Positions 1 to 11,620 of a DNA stretch of 64,000 bases are shown here, one piece after another. A program made the position numbers and the translations under genes. Positions within the stretch are counted from its first letter, which is position 1. Each line of letters begins with the position of its first letter. The notes below the pieces were generated by a model. It had not been told where the DNA came from, searched no databases, and was given only the letters and a program-made list of their open reading frames with translations. Source of the DNA: Eledone cirrhosa (Eukaryota); NCBI GenBank assembly GCA_964016885.1, contig OZ024764.1, positions 8,246,001-8,310,000 on the forward strand, in the 5' to 3' direction.

Positions 1-69
1 ATCATTCGCAATGATTTACCTAGTTTCCCCTATTATAAGACAGGGTTAAAAAAAAATTGAAATTTTAAA

Positions 70-750
70 TGTGGGCAATAGTATTTGTCCCCTATCATTT
101 AAGATACACGAGTATTTGTCCCCTATCACTTAAGATACAATCTCATTAGCTAAAATTACATATATGTGGGCTGTACACCAGGGGCTTCTGTCATTAAAAT
201 AGAACCTTGTTAGGGTTCAGCTAAACTTATATAGGTGTGGGCTGTAGTATAAGGTCCCTATCATTAAAACACTTGATACAGTCTCATTAGGGGTCCAGCT
301 AAACTTAGAGAGGTGGGGTTAGTGGTATTTGGCCCCTATCATTAACCCTTTAGTGTTCAAACCGGCCGTAACTGGCCAGAATTCTCACGCCTCTTTCTGT
401 GCAAACCAGCTGCAACCAGTCATTCATACTGTTGTTAAGTATTGTTCTCAAAATAAATAATACCAAAATCTCATAGATTCGATATTATGTGAGGTAAAGC
501 CTTTACCATGAAAATACAATAGTATATATAGAGTAATGTAAATACTAAGGAGTTAAAACACTTGATACAATTTCGTTAGGGGGCCAGCTAAAATTAGATA
601 GGTGAGGGCAGTGGTATTTGGCTGCTGTCATTAAAATACTTTGATACAATCTTGTTACGGGTCCAACTAAAATTAGATATGTGTTGGATGTACAAGCTAA
701 GGCTTTTATTAAAACCCACAAGGTAGAACATTGGAGGTCAGCTAAACTTG
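70..750. repeat. Degenerate tandem repeat, unit ~75-80 bp
   Basis: Recurring 'tgtgggc..tagtatttg.cccctatcattaaaacacttgatacaatctcattagggg.ccagctaaa.ttagat' units, interrupted by a MITE at 346-552. Confidence 0.75.
346..552 (+). mobile_element. piggyBac-type MITE with TTAA target duplication
   Basis: TTAA at 342-345 and 553-556; ends CCCTTTAG...CTAAGGAG (CTAAAGGG in other copies). The neighbouring repeat unit at ~255-280 shows the empty site ccctatcaTTAAaacacttgatac. Confidence 0.85.
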
Positions 751-1409
751 GGTAATAAAAGTGTATTATTATTATTATTATTTTTTTGTCAACAGTGTTT
801 CTAACGGGGTATTAAAACCAGTCGCTAGATCCTTGTAAATCTCCCTTGTATTAAATAACATATTAATGTGAGTTGTAAAATGTCATTTTTTCATTCATAA
901 TTATTTGCCAATGTTATAGTTGGCTTATAAATGAAGTCTTGTAATAAAAATAAATTTTATACAGTGTTGAATTGTTTCTATATAAAATGGGTGTGTATGT
1001 ATATATCCGCGAAGGGTGGAGGAACTCAGCAGAGTCAACGACCATCCAAATAGTACTTTTTTATTTTTTTTCACCCGGGAGTGAAAGGCCCCTCAGTTGT
1101 TGTCACAACACCTTTCTAGGAGAGGAAAACTCTGAACAAAAAACCTGCGGCTTCGTAAACATCCGATGATGTTGACCAGTTCTCCTTTTCAGGTAGTGTT
1201 TTCAATGCTCAGAGAGTGGGATTGGTCGAGTTCAAGGCCTTTCCCCCACTTAAAAAAACATTCGAAACACAAACTTGCTTGTTCAGGATATGTTACAGGT
1301 TTGTGTGGCTGGTCGTAGCCTAAAAGTGCACCAAATTCTATAATCTGACAAACGATTGCAATACTCTTAGAGTTTGCAGCCATCAAATATAATATATATA
1401 TATATAATA

Positions 1410-1752
1410 TCATCATCATCATCATTTTTACGTCCCTTTTTTCCCTGCTTGCAAGGGTGGGACGGGAACTGATTCTGGCTTGATTTCTACAGCTGGATGC
1501 CCTTCCTAACACCAACCTCATTTACAGTGAGTGCTGGGTGCTTTTTTGCTGTGGCACCTCCACGACCACTTTGCAGTGGAATGATAGGGACCCCAGTCCC
1601 TATCATCTCATTTCTACAGCTGAGTAAACTGGAGCAATGTGAAATAATGCGTCTTGCTCAAGGAAACAACACATCACCCGGTCTGAGAATTGAACTCACA
1701 ACCTTTCGATTGCAAGGCCAATGTTCTAACCACTAAGCCATGTGCCTCCATA
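1410..1752 (-). mobile_element. tRNA-derived SINE (family A) with RTE-like 3' tail
   Basis: Minus strand begins GGAGGCACATGGCTTAGTGGTTAGA (A box) ... GAGTTCAATTC (B box), has a central CTTGAGCAAG..TTATTTCACATTGCTCCAG block and ends in (GAT)n. Near-identical copies at 33042-33380 and 56093-56470. Confidence 0.85.
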
Positions 1753-1864
1753 TAATATCATCATCATCATCATCATCATTTTACGTCCGCTTTTCTCTGC
1801 TTGCAAGGGTGGGACGTGTATATATATTATATATCATTATATAAAATATATTTTTGGTGGCTCT

Positions 1865-2725
1865 CTCAGACCTGCCCTCTGTAGTACATACAACATTCCT
1901 CACTAGCTTTGCTGATGACAAAGGTAGCACAAACAATCAAAAACCTGACTGATGCTGCCCTTTCGCAACAAGATCTGGATGCCATATACAAATGGGCTGA
2001 GGACAAGAACATACAGTTTAATGCTGGAAAATGTCAAGCCCTATAATACCAACCTGCACACACAGCTACACCGGACCAGGAGGGATCAAAATCTATACGA
2101 GCCCTGGGAATAGACATGAGCAACAATGCATCTTTTTCTTCACACATCTTGAGGGTGGAGACAACTCGCTGGCTTGATGTTGAGGACTTTACAGACAAGT
2201 GACCTATGGAGGACATTTGTCCTTAGCTGCCTGGACTATTGCTTCCAGCTGTGGTCACCCCATAGTATCAAACTAACCACAGAGCTTGAGGCAATCCAAC
2301 GAAGCTACACCAAGAGGATTGCGATGGTAGGCTAAAAGAACTGAATCTCTACTCCTTGAAATGAAGACGAGAGATACACTGATATACATGTGGAAAATCC
2401 TGAAGGGACTAGCACCAACCCCCGGACAGGACGTCACTGAGTGGTGCCAAAGGTCCCGTCTTCCACATCTAGAATAAGGAGCAGATATTGCAATAGCCTG
2501 GGTTTCAAAGGCCCTCAAATCTTCAATAAGCTGCCAAGGAATTTGAGAGATCTGCATGATGTGGATGTTTTCAAGAAACGTCTTGAGCCCACAGCACGAA
2601 ACGAAGGTGACCTAAGGGCAGTAGCAACGAACTCCCTCTTTCACCAACGGCCAGCCAACACAGGCTGGAGATAGAATGTGTAGCAACAAGGGTGGTGCGC
2701 CAACCAAATGGCTGGAACAGATAAA
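1865..2725 (+). mobile_element. Decayed CR1/L2/Jockey-group LINE 3' fragment (RT C-terminus)
   Basis: FADD motif (tttgctgatgac ~1908), then QQDLDAIYKWAEDKNIQFNAGKC, CLDYCFQLWSP and NSLGFKGPQIFNKLPRNLR; many frameshifts. Confidence 0.8.
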
Positions 2726-3039
2726 ACAATATATATATATATATATACACATAAAATTCTTATGACCAAAGTGGATAGTTAGTGATTGATACTAATTACT
2801 AAAATCGAAGGTTTGCATTTTATTTCTTTATTTCCAGAAACAGATCAGCCTGTAACATATATGCTACCATCATGAAATAAGTATATATAATTGTTCTGTA
2901 CATATGTACAAAATACTAGTGGTATTTAAATTAATTTATATATAGAAACGGAATGAGAGCGAGGTAACACCTTATCTAGCTTCTTTATATTTCTATATTA
3001 AACATTTTTTAACCTCTAAATATGACTAATTTACTTGAC

Positions 3040-3185
3040 AGAATTGCGGCGGTGCACGTAGTTGTTCGGACTTCGTCGCCTACCTAGGTATGGCGAGACT
3101 ATTCTAAGTGTCTGAAGATCGGCTGCGGCAGCTGGGACTATTTGCAGGCCGGCCCGAGTCCTGAACCACGCGAACAATCGTTTTT
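3040..3185 (+). ncRNA. Candidate structured RNA/DNA module, copy 1 (function unknown)
   Basis: GC island with by-eye stems gttgttcg/cgaacaat, ggactt/gagtcc, tcgcc-tacc/ggta-tggcga; T5 at 3181-3185; three motifs shared with 17820-17982(-). Confidence 0.3.
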
Positions 3186-4518
3186 GCCGTAAATTTGATG
3201 AGAGTTATCTCCTTCTATATTGAGTTACTTCCCCCTGTATGAAACTCTTTTTTTATTTTGATTGACTTCTGGTTCTTTGAAAGAAAATAATTTTGGATAT
3301 TATAATAATGAAATTATTGTGTACAATTCCCAGCTGCACTACAACAAAAAATGGAATGTTTCAGGATAGGATTGAACCTCAGACCATGTTCACCACCGTC
3401 TATAATACCTACCACAGGGCCACGTCTTCATTTCATAGAAAGAGGTATGTACTGTTTTCTTTGCTCTATACGAGGGGTTCCCAAAGTGGGTTCCCGTGAA
3501 GCAAGGCCAGGGGTTTCCGTAAGGCGCAAGTTGAAGTTTAATATAAAAATAAAGACCAAGTTGTAACGTGTATGATCGGTATATAGTCGCCATATAAACA
3601 TGCAAAGAGTGTTACACTGCGGAGCTCTCAGCCAAATCGTTCAGTTGGGTTGTAGTATTCCATTATTAAGGGTGTACTGTGAGCACGTGTAATACTCAGA
3701 ATTATAACTTTTTACAATAAACTTGGGTATTTGAATCTCATTTGAATATTTAAGTTCTCTCCTAAAGGTAACATAGGTACCAAGTCTCACACGGTGAACA
3801 CTTGTATCCTGTATCAATAAACGTTTGCTCCTTGTCAACGAGTTTATTTTTGAGTTTTATTAAAATCATAAATGGCTGTGTAAACCCTTAAACTTTAAAA
3901 CAAAATTACAAACCAATTATGTGGTCTTTGAAGTTGCTAGAAATAGCAGGCATATCTTATACCCCCTACCACATTAAAAAATAGAAAGAACGAAAACGGG
4001 AGTAACTGGTTAATATTTATTGAAATATTCGAAGAGTTACTGCTTCGGACGTGATAAAAAGGAAATTATAGAGAATTTTAAATATTTCGAAAGCACAAGC
4101 AATCGTCAAGGACCTTTCCTTTCTTCCTGTGTTCGTGGCAGCTGAGTATCAACCATCCATAAATAATTTTTACCCGTTAAGAATCTCAATGGGGAAAATT
4201 TTCTTCAATTTCTGCCAGTATTACAAAACAAGGTTATCTTGTAGTTACCCGCGTTAAATTGTTTTTTTTTTTTTAAAGAAAGTCGGTAGTGTCGGCCCCC
4301 TGAACTTCATTTGTTTTCTAATTTGATAACTATGACTATGCATCAACGTGGTGATTTCAAAGTTTATTTATTTACACATGGTGTAGTGCCTTTATTGAAA
4401 TATTCGAAGAGTTACTGCTTCGGACGTGATAAAAAGGAAATTATATAAAGAATTTTAAATATTTCGAAAGCACAAGCAATCGTCAAGGACTTTATATACG
4501 AATTCCTTTCTTTCTGCA

Positions 4519-5463
4519 GTGGAAGGACAGCCACGAATCAAGTCAGCAGATGTTCTTGGAAGGGTCTACAGCGTCCATCCCACTCAGTTTGAGTGTTTCT
4601 GCCTAAGAATGCTCCTGTTTGAGGTTAGAGGACCACGGTCTTTCCAAGACCTGAGAACCATCAATGGCCATCAATGTTCCACCTACCGTTTGGCTTGCCA
4701 GCTGCGTGGTATGTTACACGATGACAGCCATTGGCACCTCACCCTGCAGGAAGCAGCAATTGCTAAAGTCCCTTCTCAGATACGCAAGCTTTTTGCTATT
4801 ATGCTGCACAACTGCGATCTCGCCGACCCTCTCGCAATGTGTAACAACCACCGCGAAGGTCTGGCTGAGGACATGCTCCACCGCACAAGCAGACACAATC
4901 CGAACATAACATACAATGTCGTTTTCAATGAGGCACTCATTGGCCTTGAAAACAGTGTCCTGGAGATTGGTGGTAGGCCTCTAAATCACTACAGCTTACC
5001 TGCTCCTGACAGAAGTGTCCAGAGGTCAACGTCTACAGAGCTTCTCCGCGAGACGAGCTACGAGATCAGTGCTCTTCGGGACTTCATTACTACCAACGAA
5101 CCTAAATTGGTCCATGACCAGCAACTGGCTTACAACACCATTGTTGATGATGTGACAAACAACAACGCTGGCCTCTTCTTCGTTGATGATCCAGGAGGCA
5201 CGGGAAAGACATTCGTCATCAACCTCTTACTTGCAACGGTCAGAAAGAACAGATGGATTGCACTGGCCATTGCTTCCTCTGGAATTACAGCGACCCTTCT
5301 CTCCGGAGGCCGTACCACCCATTCAGGTTTCAAAATCCCGCTGAACATTGTGAATATTGATACTGCAACTTGCAACATTCCACGAGGAAGTGGCCTGGGC
5401 GATCTCATCAAGCAGTGTCGCCTCATTGTCTGGGATGAATGCACTATGGCTCACAAAGCCTTT
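4519..5463 (+). mobile_element. Helitron Rep-helicase fragment (PIF1-family helicase, N-terminal half)
   Basis: GRVYSVHP..ECFCLRMLL..VRGPRSFQDLRT; Walker A PGGTGKT; ASSGITATLLSGGRTTHS; Walker B LIVWDEC. Preceded by pyrimidine tract + CAG (4505-4519). Truncated by an RTE. Confidence 0.92.
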
Positions 5464-6825
5464 GACAGAGTCCCCCCGTTCCATTATCTGGTGGGCTCTT
5501 AGAAAACTAGGTGTTGATGACTGGCTTGTGAGAGCTATACAAGCCATGTATAAAGAAACAGTCAGCAAGGTTAGAATTAACAGCGAATATAGTGAAGAGT
5601 TTATTGTAAAAGTTGGTGTTCATCAGGGCTCCGTTCTTAGCCCCCTACTATTTATTATTGCCCTTCAGGCTATAACAGTGGAGTTCAAGACCGGCTGCCC
5701 ATGGGAACTACTATACGCAGATGATCTAACGCTCATAGCTGAATCAATGGCTGAACTAGAGAAGAAATTCCAAACATGGAAGCATGGCCTAGAATCAAAA
5801 GGCCTTAAAATTAACCTGGCTAAGACTAAAGTTCTAGTTTGTAGAAAGGAAAATAGGGCACCGGTCCCATCCGGGAAATGGCTCTGCTTAGTGTGTAGGA
5901 AAGGAATAGACAGAAACTCCATTTTATGTCCCAAATGCAAAGTATGGGTGCATAAAAGATGTAGTGGGATCACAGGTAAGCTAACTAAGAATATAGATTT
6001 TATATGTGGCTGGTGCGCTGGTATAATAAGTAGCAGCAAATGCCCACAGAATACTAGCTCAATCCATTGCACAGATGGTTCTATAGAAATAGTGGACACC
6101 TTCCGTTACTTGGGTGACAAAATCAGCAGTGGGGGAGGGTGTTCTGAAAGTACAGTAGCTAGAGTCAGAACTGGATGGGAAAAGTTCAGAGAGCTTATAC
6201 CACTATTAGCCGCTAAAGGGTTCTCTCTAAAAATGAAAGGCAGGCTGTATGATGCCTGCATACGAACATCAATGTTACATGGCAGTGAGACCTGGGCATT
6301 GTGTGCAGAGGATATACGCAGACTGGAGAGAAACGAAGCTTGCACGCTCCGCTGGATGTGTAATAGTAATATACGTGAACGGCAAAGCATAAACGAACTA
6401 AGTGAGAAATTAGGAATAAGAGGGATCAGATGTTGTTTGACGACAGCTGTATAAAAAAGTGCAGGGCAATAAAAATAGACGGTAGCCACGGAGTAGGCAG
6501 ACCCAGAAAAACCTGGGACGACTTGATAAATTCTACCTCACACACTTACACCTCTCCAAGACAATGTCACTGGACCGAGATCTTTGGCGCTACACAGTAA
6601 TACAGAAGACCCGCCTTGCCTAAGTACAGAGTGAAACCTACTACAGTCAGTAGGCACCTCTAACAAAAATACACCACCACCCTATCCACACCACCACTTT
6701 TGATTTAAAGTTATGTTGGTACCACAACATCCAGTCCGAAACAAATGAGGTCGTGTAGGTGTCACGACAAAAAAACACAGTCCACGCTGTAATGTGGTCG
6801 TGTAGGTAACACGGTAAAATACATA
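5455..6825 (+). mobile_element. 5'-truncated RTE-clade LINE (RT C-half with PHD-like insert, 3' UTR)
   Basis: KAFDRVP, GVHQGSVLSPLLF, LYADD, FRYLG, LHGSETW, GRPRKTW. 3' UTR matches the copy at 45183-45600(-). Confidence 0.92.
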
Positions 6826-6834
6826 CTACATATA

Positions 6835-7140
6835 TATTATAAAATAACAGGAGGCTGGACTGGTGTAATTCTTTAAAAGGATCATTTCAGTGACCTTGTT
6901 CAGTATGAATTCGGTGACATCATCGGATATTCGAATATAATAAAGGAATATAATAGACAAGATCCATGGGGCTGAAAGCAGAGACACCAGTCCAGCCTCC
7001 TGTTACTTTATAATAATTAACTCCGTACTCGCACCACCAACAACACATACGAAGAGGTGAGTTGCATTACGTTGAGTGCTCTCCCTAATATCAAGGTTAA
7101 CCATACGGAATGACAAGTTCTATCCAGTGGTGAACCAACA
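6835..7140. mobile_element. Probable Penelope-like pseudo-LTR remnant with inverted repeat and degenerate hammerhead
   Basis: 32-bp inverted repeat 6835-6866 / ~6984-7014. Minus strand CCGATGA-TGTCACC...GGTCAC-TGAAA resembles a decayed hammerhead core. Confidence 0.45.
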
Positions 7141-7146
7141 AACCTA

Positions 7147-7680
7147 AATATATATATATATATTTAAAATATACTATATATATATATAATATACTATATA
7201 TATATATAATATACTATATATATATATAATATACTATATATATATATAATATACTATATATATATATAATATACTATATATATATATAATATACTATATA
7301 TATATATAATATACTATATATATATATAATATACTATATATATATATAATATACTATATATATATATAATATACTATATATATATATAATATACTATATA
7401 TATATATAATATACTATATATATATATAATATACTATATATATATATAATATACTATATATATATATAATATACTATATATATATATAATATACTATATA
7501 TATATAATATATATATAATATACTATATATATATAATATATATATAATATACTATATATATATAATATATATATAATATACTATATATATATAATATATA
7601 TATAATATATATATATATAATATACTATATATATGTATATATATATATATATATAGTATATATATATATATATATATTAT
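7147..7680. repeat. AT-rich micro/minisatellite, (ATACTATATATATATATAAT)n grading into (TA)n
   Basis: Perfect 20-bp period visible 7170-7500. Confidence 0.95.
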
Positions 7681-8187
7681 ATTTTAAATTTCATACACTT
7701 ATCATGTATGCGCAACCTTTGGTTTCGGGGTCCAGTTATGGCCACCACTATCTAGGATTGGCTGCTTCCTCAATTTCGTTACTTAATTTTATTAAGTAAT
7801 TAAATTATATAATTAAATAGAAATTTGCTTAATAAACTTTATTCCACATTAAAGAAAATAATTAAAAATTTTCACTGCAAAAATACGAAAACTTGACTGA
7901 GAATGTGTGGCTAACTTTGCAAGGTAACACGCACGTGTTGTAACGATGACCGGGAAATTTGAGTTTGACGGAACATAAAACCTTATTTTTTATATTAACA
8001 ATGTCTAAATATTTTTAATGGCAAGCCAAAAGATTGACGACTTTGCTGCAGGTAACAGTGAAACTAAGGTAGTGTAATATGTTCATTTATTAGTATTGTG
8101 TAATATTAAAATGTTATTCCCAGCTTTGTAGCTTTTGAGACTTTTGGTGGAGTCGGGTCGCTGACTGCGAGTTTCCTCTGCACTGGC

Positions 8188-8345
8188 GGCTCCCCTAATA
8201 GATGTAACTGGTGAGGGGCTTGGTTGTTCCAGCACCTCAGCCTCGCCTAATAGAGGTAACTGGTGAGGTGCTTGCTTGTTCCAGCACCTCAGCCTCCCCT
8301 ATTAGAGGTAACTGGTGAGGTGCGTGGTTGTTTCAGCAACTCAGT
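8188..8345. repeat. 52-bp tandem repeat, ~3 copies
   Basis: cctaatagaggtaactggtgaggtgcttggttgttccagcacctcagcctc; stops in all frames tested. Confidence 0.8.
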
Positions 8346-9124
8346 CTTCTGTCTCCTCAAACACATCTTCCAGCGGGTCCAAGAGTTGTTTTATGGATAT
8401 CTATATATACATATAGATGTATATGTATATATATAGATGTGTGCGTGTGTATATGTATATATATAAATTTGTGTTAGATAATTGTTGCTAAATATTACTT
8501 AAAAGCGTTGTAAATTAATTTCAGTTTTCAAAGCACTTTAACCCTCGGTATGTTCGTTCTACGAGGGTGCGTTACATATGAGGTTTGTCAGGTGTTTTAA
8601 CAGAAGGGTCTGCAGTCTGGTTGGTTGTTCAACAACACTACCCCTCCACATACAATAACATCTCTCTCTCTTTATATATATATAAACTAGTCTTAAATAA
8701 CCAGGTGGGTCAGGCCATTATAACGTGGAATCTTAGTTTATGTTGATGTATTCTGGGTAAACAGTTTGTTTTTAGTTCCCTTCATAATATCGTCATTAGA
8801 GGTAGGTGGGTTCAATTCCTGGACTGGGTTGTGTGTTGTGTTCTTGAGAAAACATTTTATTTCACGATGCTCCAGTATACTCAACTGTAGCGATGGACTA
8901 GCGCCCTGTCCAGGGTGTAGTCGTATATTCTTAGATGTTTCATGCCGGGGTAAGGACCGGCGTGATGAGTCCCCGAGCTTGGGACAGACTTTAGATATCA
9001 TCAACCATTTGAAAAGCCTTTTTTTTCTCAGACACCACCCCCGGGGTACCGTATTTCTAATGGAATACACAACCCATGTGCCTCAATATTGGAAAATAAT
9101 GGAAATATTAAATAATTTAATGAT

Positions 9125-9690
9125 TTCTACTTTAGGCACAAGGCTAATAATTTGGGGTGTGGGGGACGTTGATTAAATCAACATCAGTACATTACTGGTA
9201 CTTTATTTATCGACTCCAGTACACTACTGGTACTTTATTTATCAACCCAGTACACTACTGATACTTTATTTATCGATCCCGGTACATTACTGGTACTTTA
9301 TTTATCGACTGCAGTACATTACTGGTACTTTATTTATCGACTGCAGTACATTACTGGTACTTTATTTATCGACTGCAGTACATTACTGGTACTTTATTTA
9401 TCGACTGCAGTACATTACTGGTACTTTATTTATCGACTGCAGTACATTACTGGTACTTTATTTATCAACTCCAGTACATTACTGGTACTTTACTTATCGA
9501 TCTCAGTACATTACTGGTACTTTATTTATCGACCCCAGTACATTACTGGTACTTTATTTATCGACTACATAAGGATGAAAGGCAAAGCTAACCTCGGCGA
9601 GATTTGAATTCAGACTGTACAGGGCCGTAACTCTGCCGTAAAGCATATTGACCGACGCTCTACCGATACTGCCAATACACAGCCATGACT
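9125..9690 (-). mobile_element. tRNA-derived SINE (family B, Nin/Deu-like core) with internal 32-bp array
   Basis: Minus strand TGGCAGTATCGGTAGAGCG head and GCCTTTCATCCTT...GTCGATAAATAAAGTACCAG core; unit cagtacattactggtactttatttatcgactg x~12 at 9185-9567. Confidence 0.8.
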
Positions 9691-10482
9691 GAATTTAATA
9701 ATAAAACCACCTGACTATCGTTAACCTGTTGTGTGTAGGTCACTTAATCTGGGTGGAGATCACCTTTGTTGTTCTTCCTCTACCAGATCCAGCTGGAACT
9801 CCTCTCCACCTCCTCTGCTATAGTCTTTAGTACTTTGGTCTGTTCCACCCAGTTACTCAGAGATATTTCATGAGATTGTAGGCAGATATTTCTACCAACC
9901 CTCTCCCTCCAGCCTGTGGGGTGAGGACTGTGACAGGGAAACCTACTTTTTAAAGAACTTTCTCTCTCCTGTATGCCTGTCATTCTCGTAATCATAGCTG
10001 TTAACATATCGATTAACGGCACGACAACCTTCCCGCTCCGTAAGGGTAGGCCCTTCGTTTAGGAAGGATGTCATACGTTGTGACATTTTCTCAAGTGACA
10101 ACATTGTGTGCTCAGTGACCAGCCCAGGCTTTGCTGCTCGTCATGTCAAAGTATTGGCCACTCGTTGATATGTTTGTTATTGAGATTTTGGCAGTGGAGA
10201 CTTCCAGTGTTCTTGTCCCCACCACTTGACCAAATCCCCCTTTGCAAGACTATTGGAGTGGAGTTAGCTACCCACAAGTGTGAGCCCCGTGAGGTGCAGT
10301 GGCTGTTTCAGTATGTCTCCCTTGCCATCCTCCCTAGCTCCAGAACCACAAGACAGACTGACCCCCAAGTTTCATCTATGGTGCGGGCATGTAGAATATA
10401 TTTATTTAAGCACTATTGTTATTTTAATAAAAAATGAAAAACCTATGTGTTTGTTTTTTATTCACTAAATTAATGTTGAAAA

Positions 10483-11620
10483 TCTATATATATAAAACTG
10501 AGGATGTCTCTGTGTGTGTGAGTTTGAATCTCTAAAACTCGAGAAGCACCCAACCAACTGTTTTCAAACTTTATACATGTAATACTTACGTTTCAGGGAG
10601 TGTTCTGAGCAAAAGAATTTTCAAATTTTCAATGCCCTAGGGACCGCATTAGGCGATTTAGCGATCTCTCTCTATAATTTTTAGTCTTTCTCTTTTTAGA
10701 TAGATACATACATATAACGTCGTGCCCTTATAATATCTGGCTGTCTGCATTACGTCACTTCCCACAATTCCGTCTGCGTCCAGAACGCGCCCTTATAATA
10801 TCTGACTGTATGTCTGCTGCCTCCGGTTATTCAGCCACCCTTACTCAAGACAAATCTTACACTCAATTCCCCAAACAGTTCGTAAGTGCACACAACTTCT
10901 TACTCACGTTTGAAGCAACAGTGTTGATTACTTACGTACCACCAGACCCTTACTTCTTTGCCAGCCGTGGTTGTGGCAATACTAAGCTTAGCTAAGGCGG
11001 TTATATATTTCTCACAACACTAAAAATGAAAGCCGGTAACTATGTATCAGTTAGTCTCTTCTTCATACCGTGAGCAAAGAAAATACAACTTCTAGTGGAG
11101 TGAGTGAAATAAAGTCGATCCTGCTGCGATTCAAAAATCAGGTTTGCAGGTTATATATTTCACACAACACTAAAAATTAAAGCCGGTAAAGAAAAACATC
11201 GCTATAATAGCTTCAGTTTGCACAGTGTTGCTTACTTACGTGCCTTTACGAGAACAAATGTTACTCAGGGAGCACATAACAAAATTCAACTTTTTTATCC
11301 TCTAGGGCCCGCATTTGGTGAAAAACTTCATTTTTTCAGCTTTTTAGAGACGTTACGTCTAGCCGATTGTCCTGAAATTTCAAGGCATATTATGCACATA
11401 AAAAAAAATTCATTTTCTTGATCCCCTAGGGCCCACATTAGGTGAAAACTTGCATTTTTCCTGCTTCATCGAGAAAATCTTAAAGATTATCCAGCCATCA
11501 GAGTATTCGGTTTATTTTCTTTACATATTGTCCAGGCATGCAGTTTTCCCCCAATTAGGTCTGTCGGCGACCCGCATTCCATAATACCTTATCCCGTGCA
11601 ACGCCGGGTACCACTGCTAG
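10483..11620 (+). mobile_element. Non-autonomous Helitron
   Basis: 5' TC, 3' CTAG, subterminal hairpin cccgtgcaacgccggg, inserted between A and T without TSD. Empty site gttgaaaa|taaacaat present in paralogous units at ~12561 and ~14780. Confidence 0.92.

Noticed and set aside
3111-3160. Hammerhead at CTGAAGA
   Set aside because: No GAAA after the putative stem II. Same problem for CCGATGA at ~1163 and CTGATGA at ~29151.
7126-7752. hAT-like MITE around the AT satellite (cagtggtgaaccaac / gttatggccaccacta)
   Set aside because: TIR match weak and no convincing 8-bp TSD.
8120-8402. Possible minus-strand exon with repeats
   Set aside because: 52-bp unit is not a multiple of 3 and all frames from the candidate acceptor hit stops.
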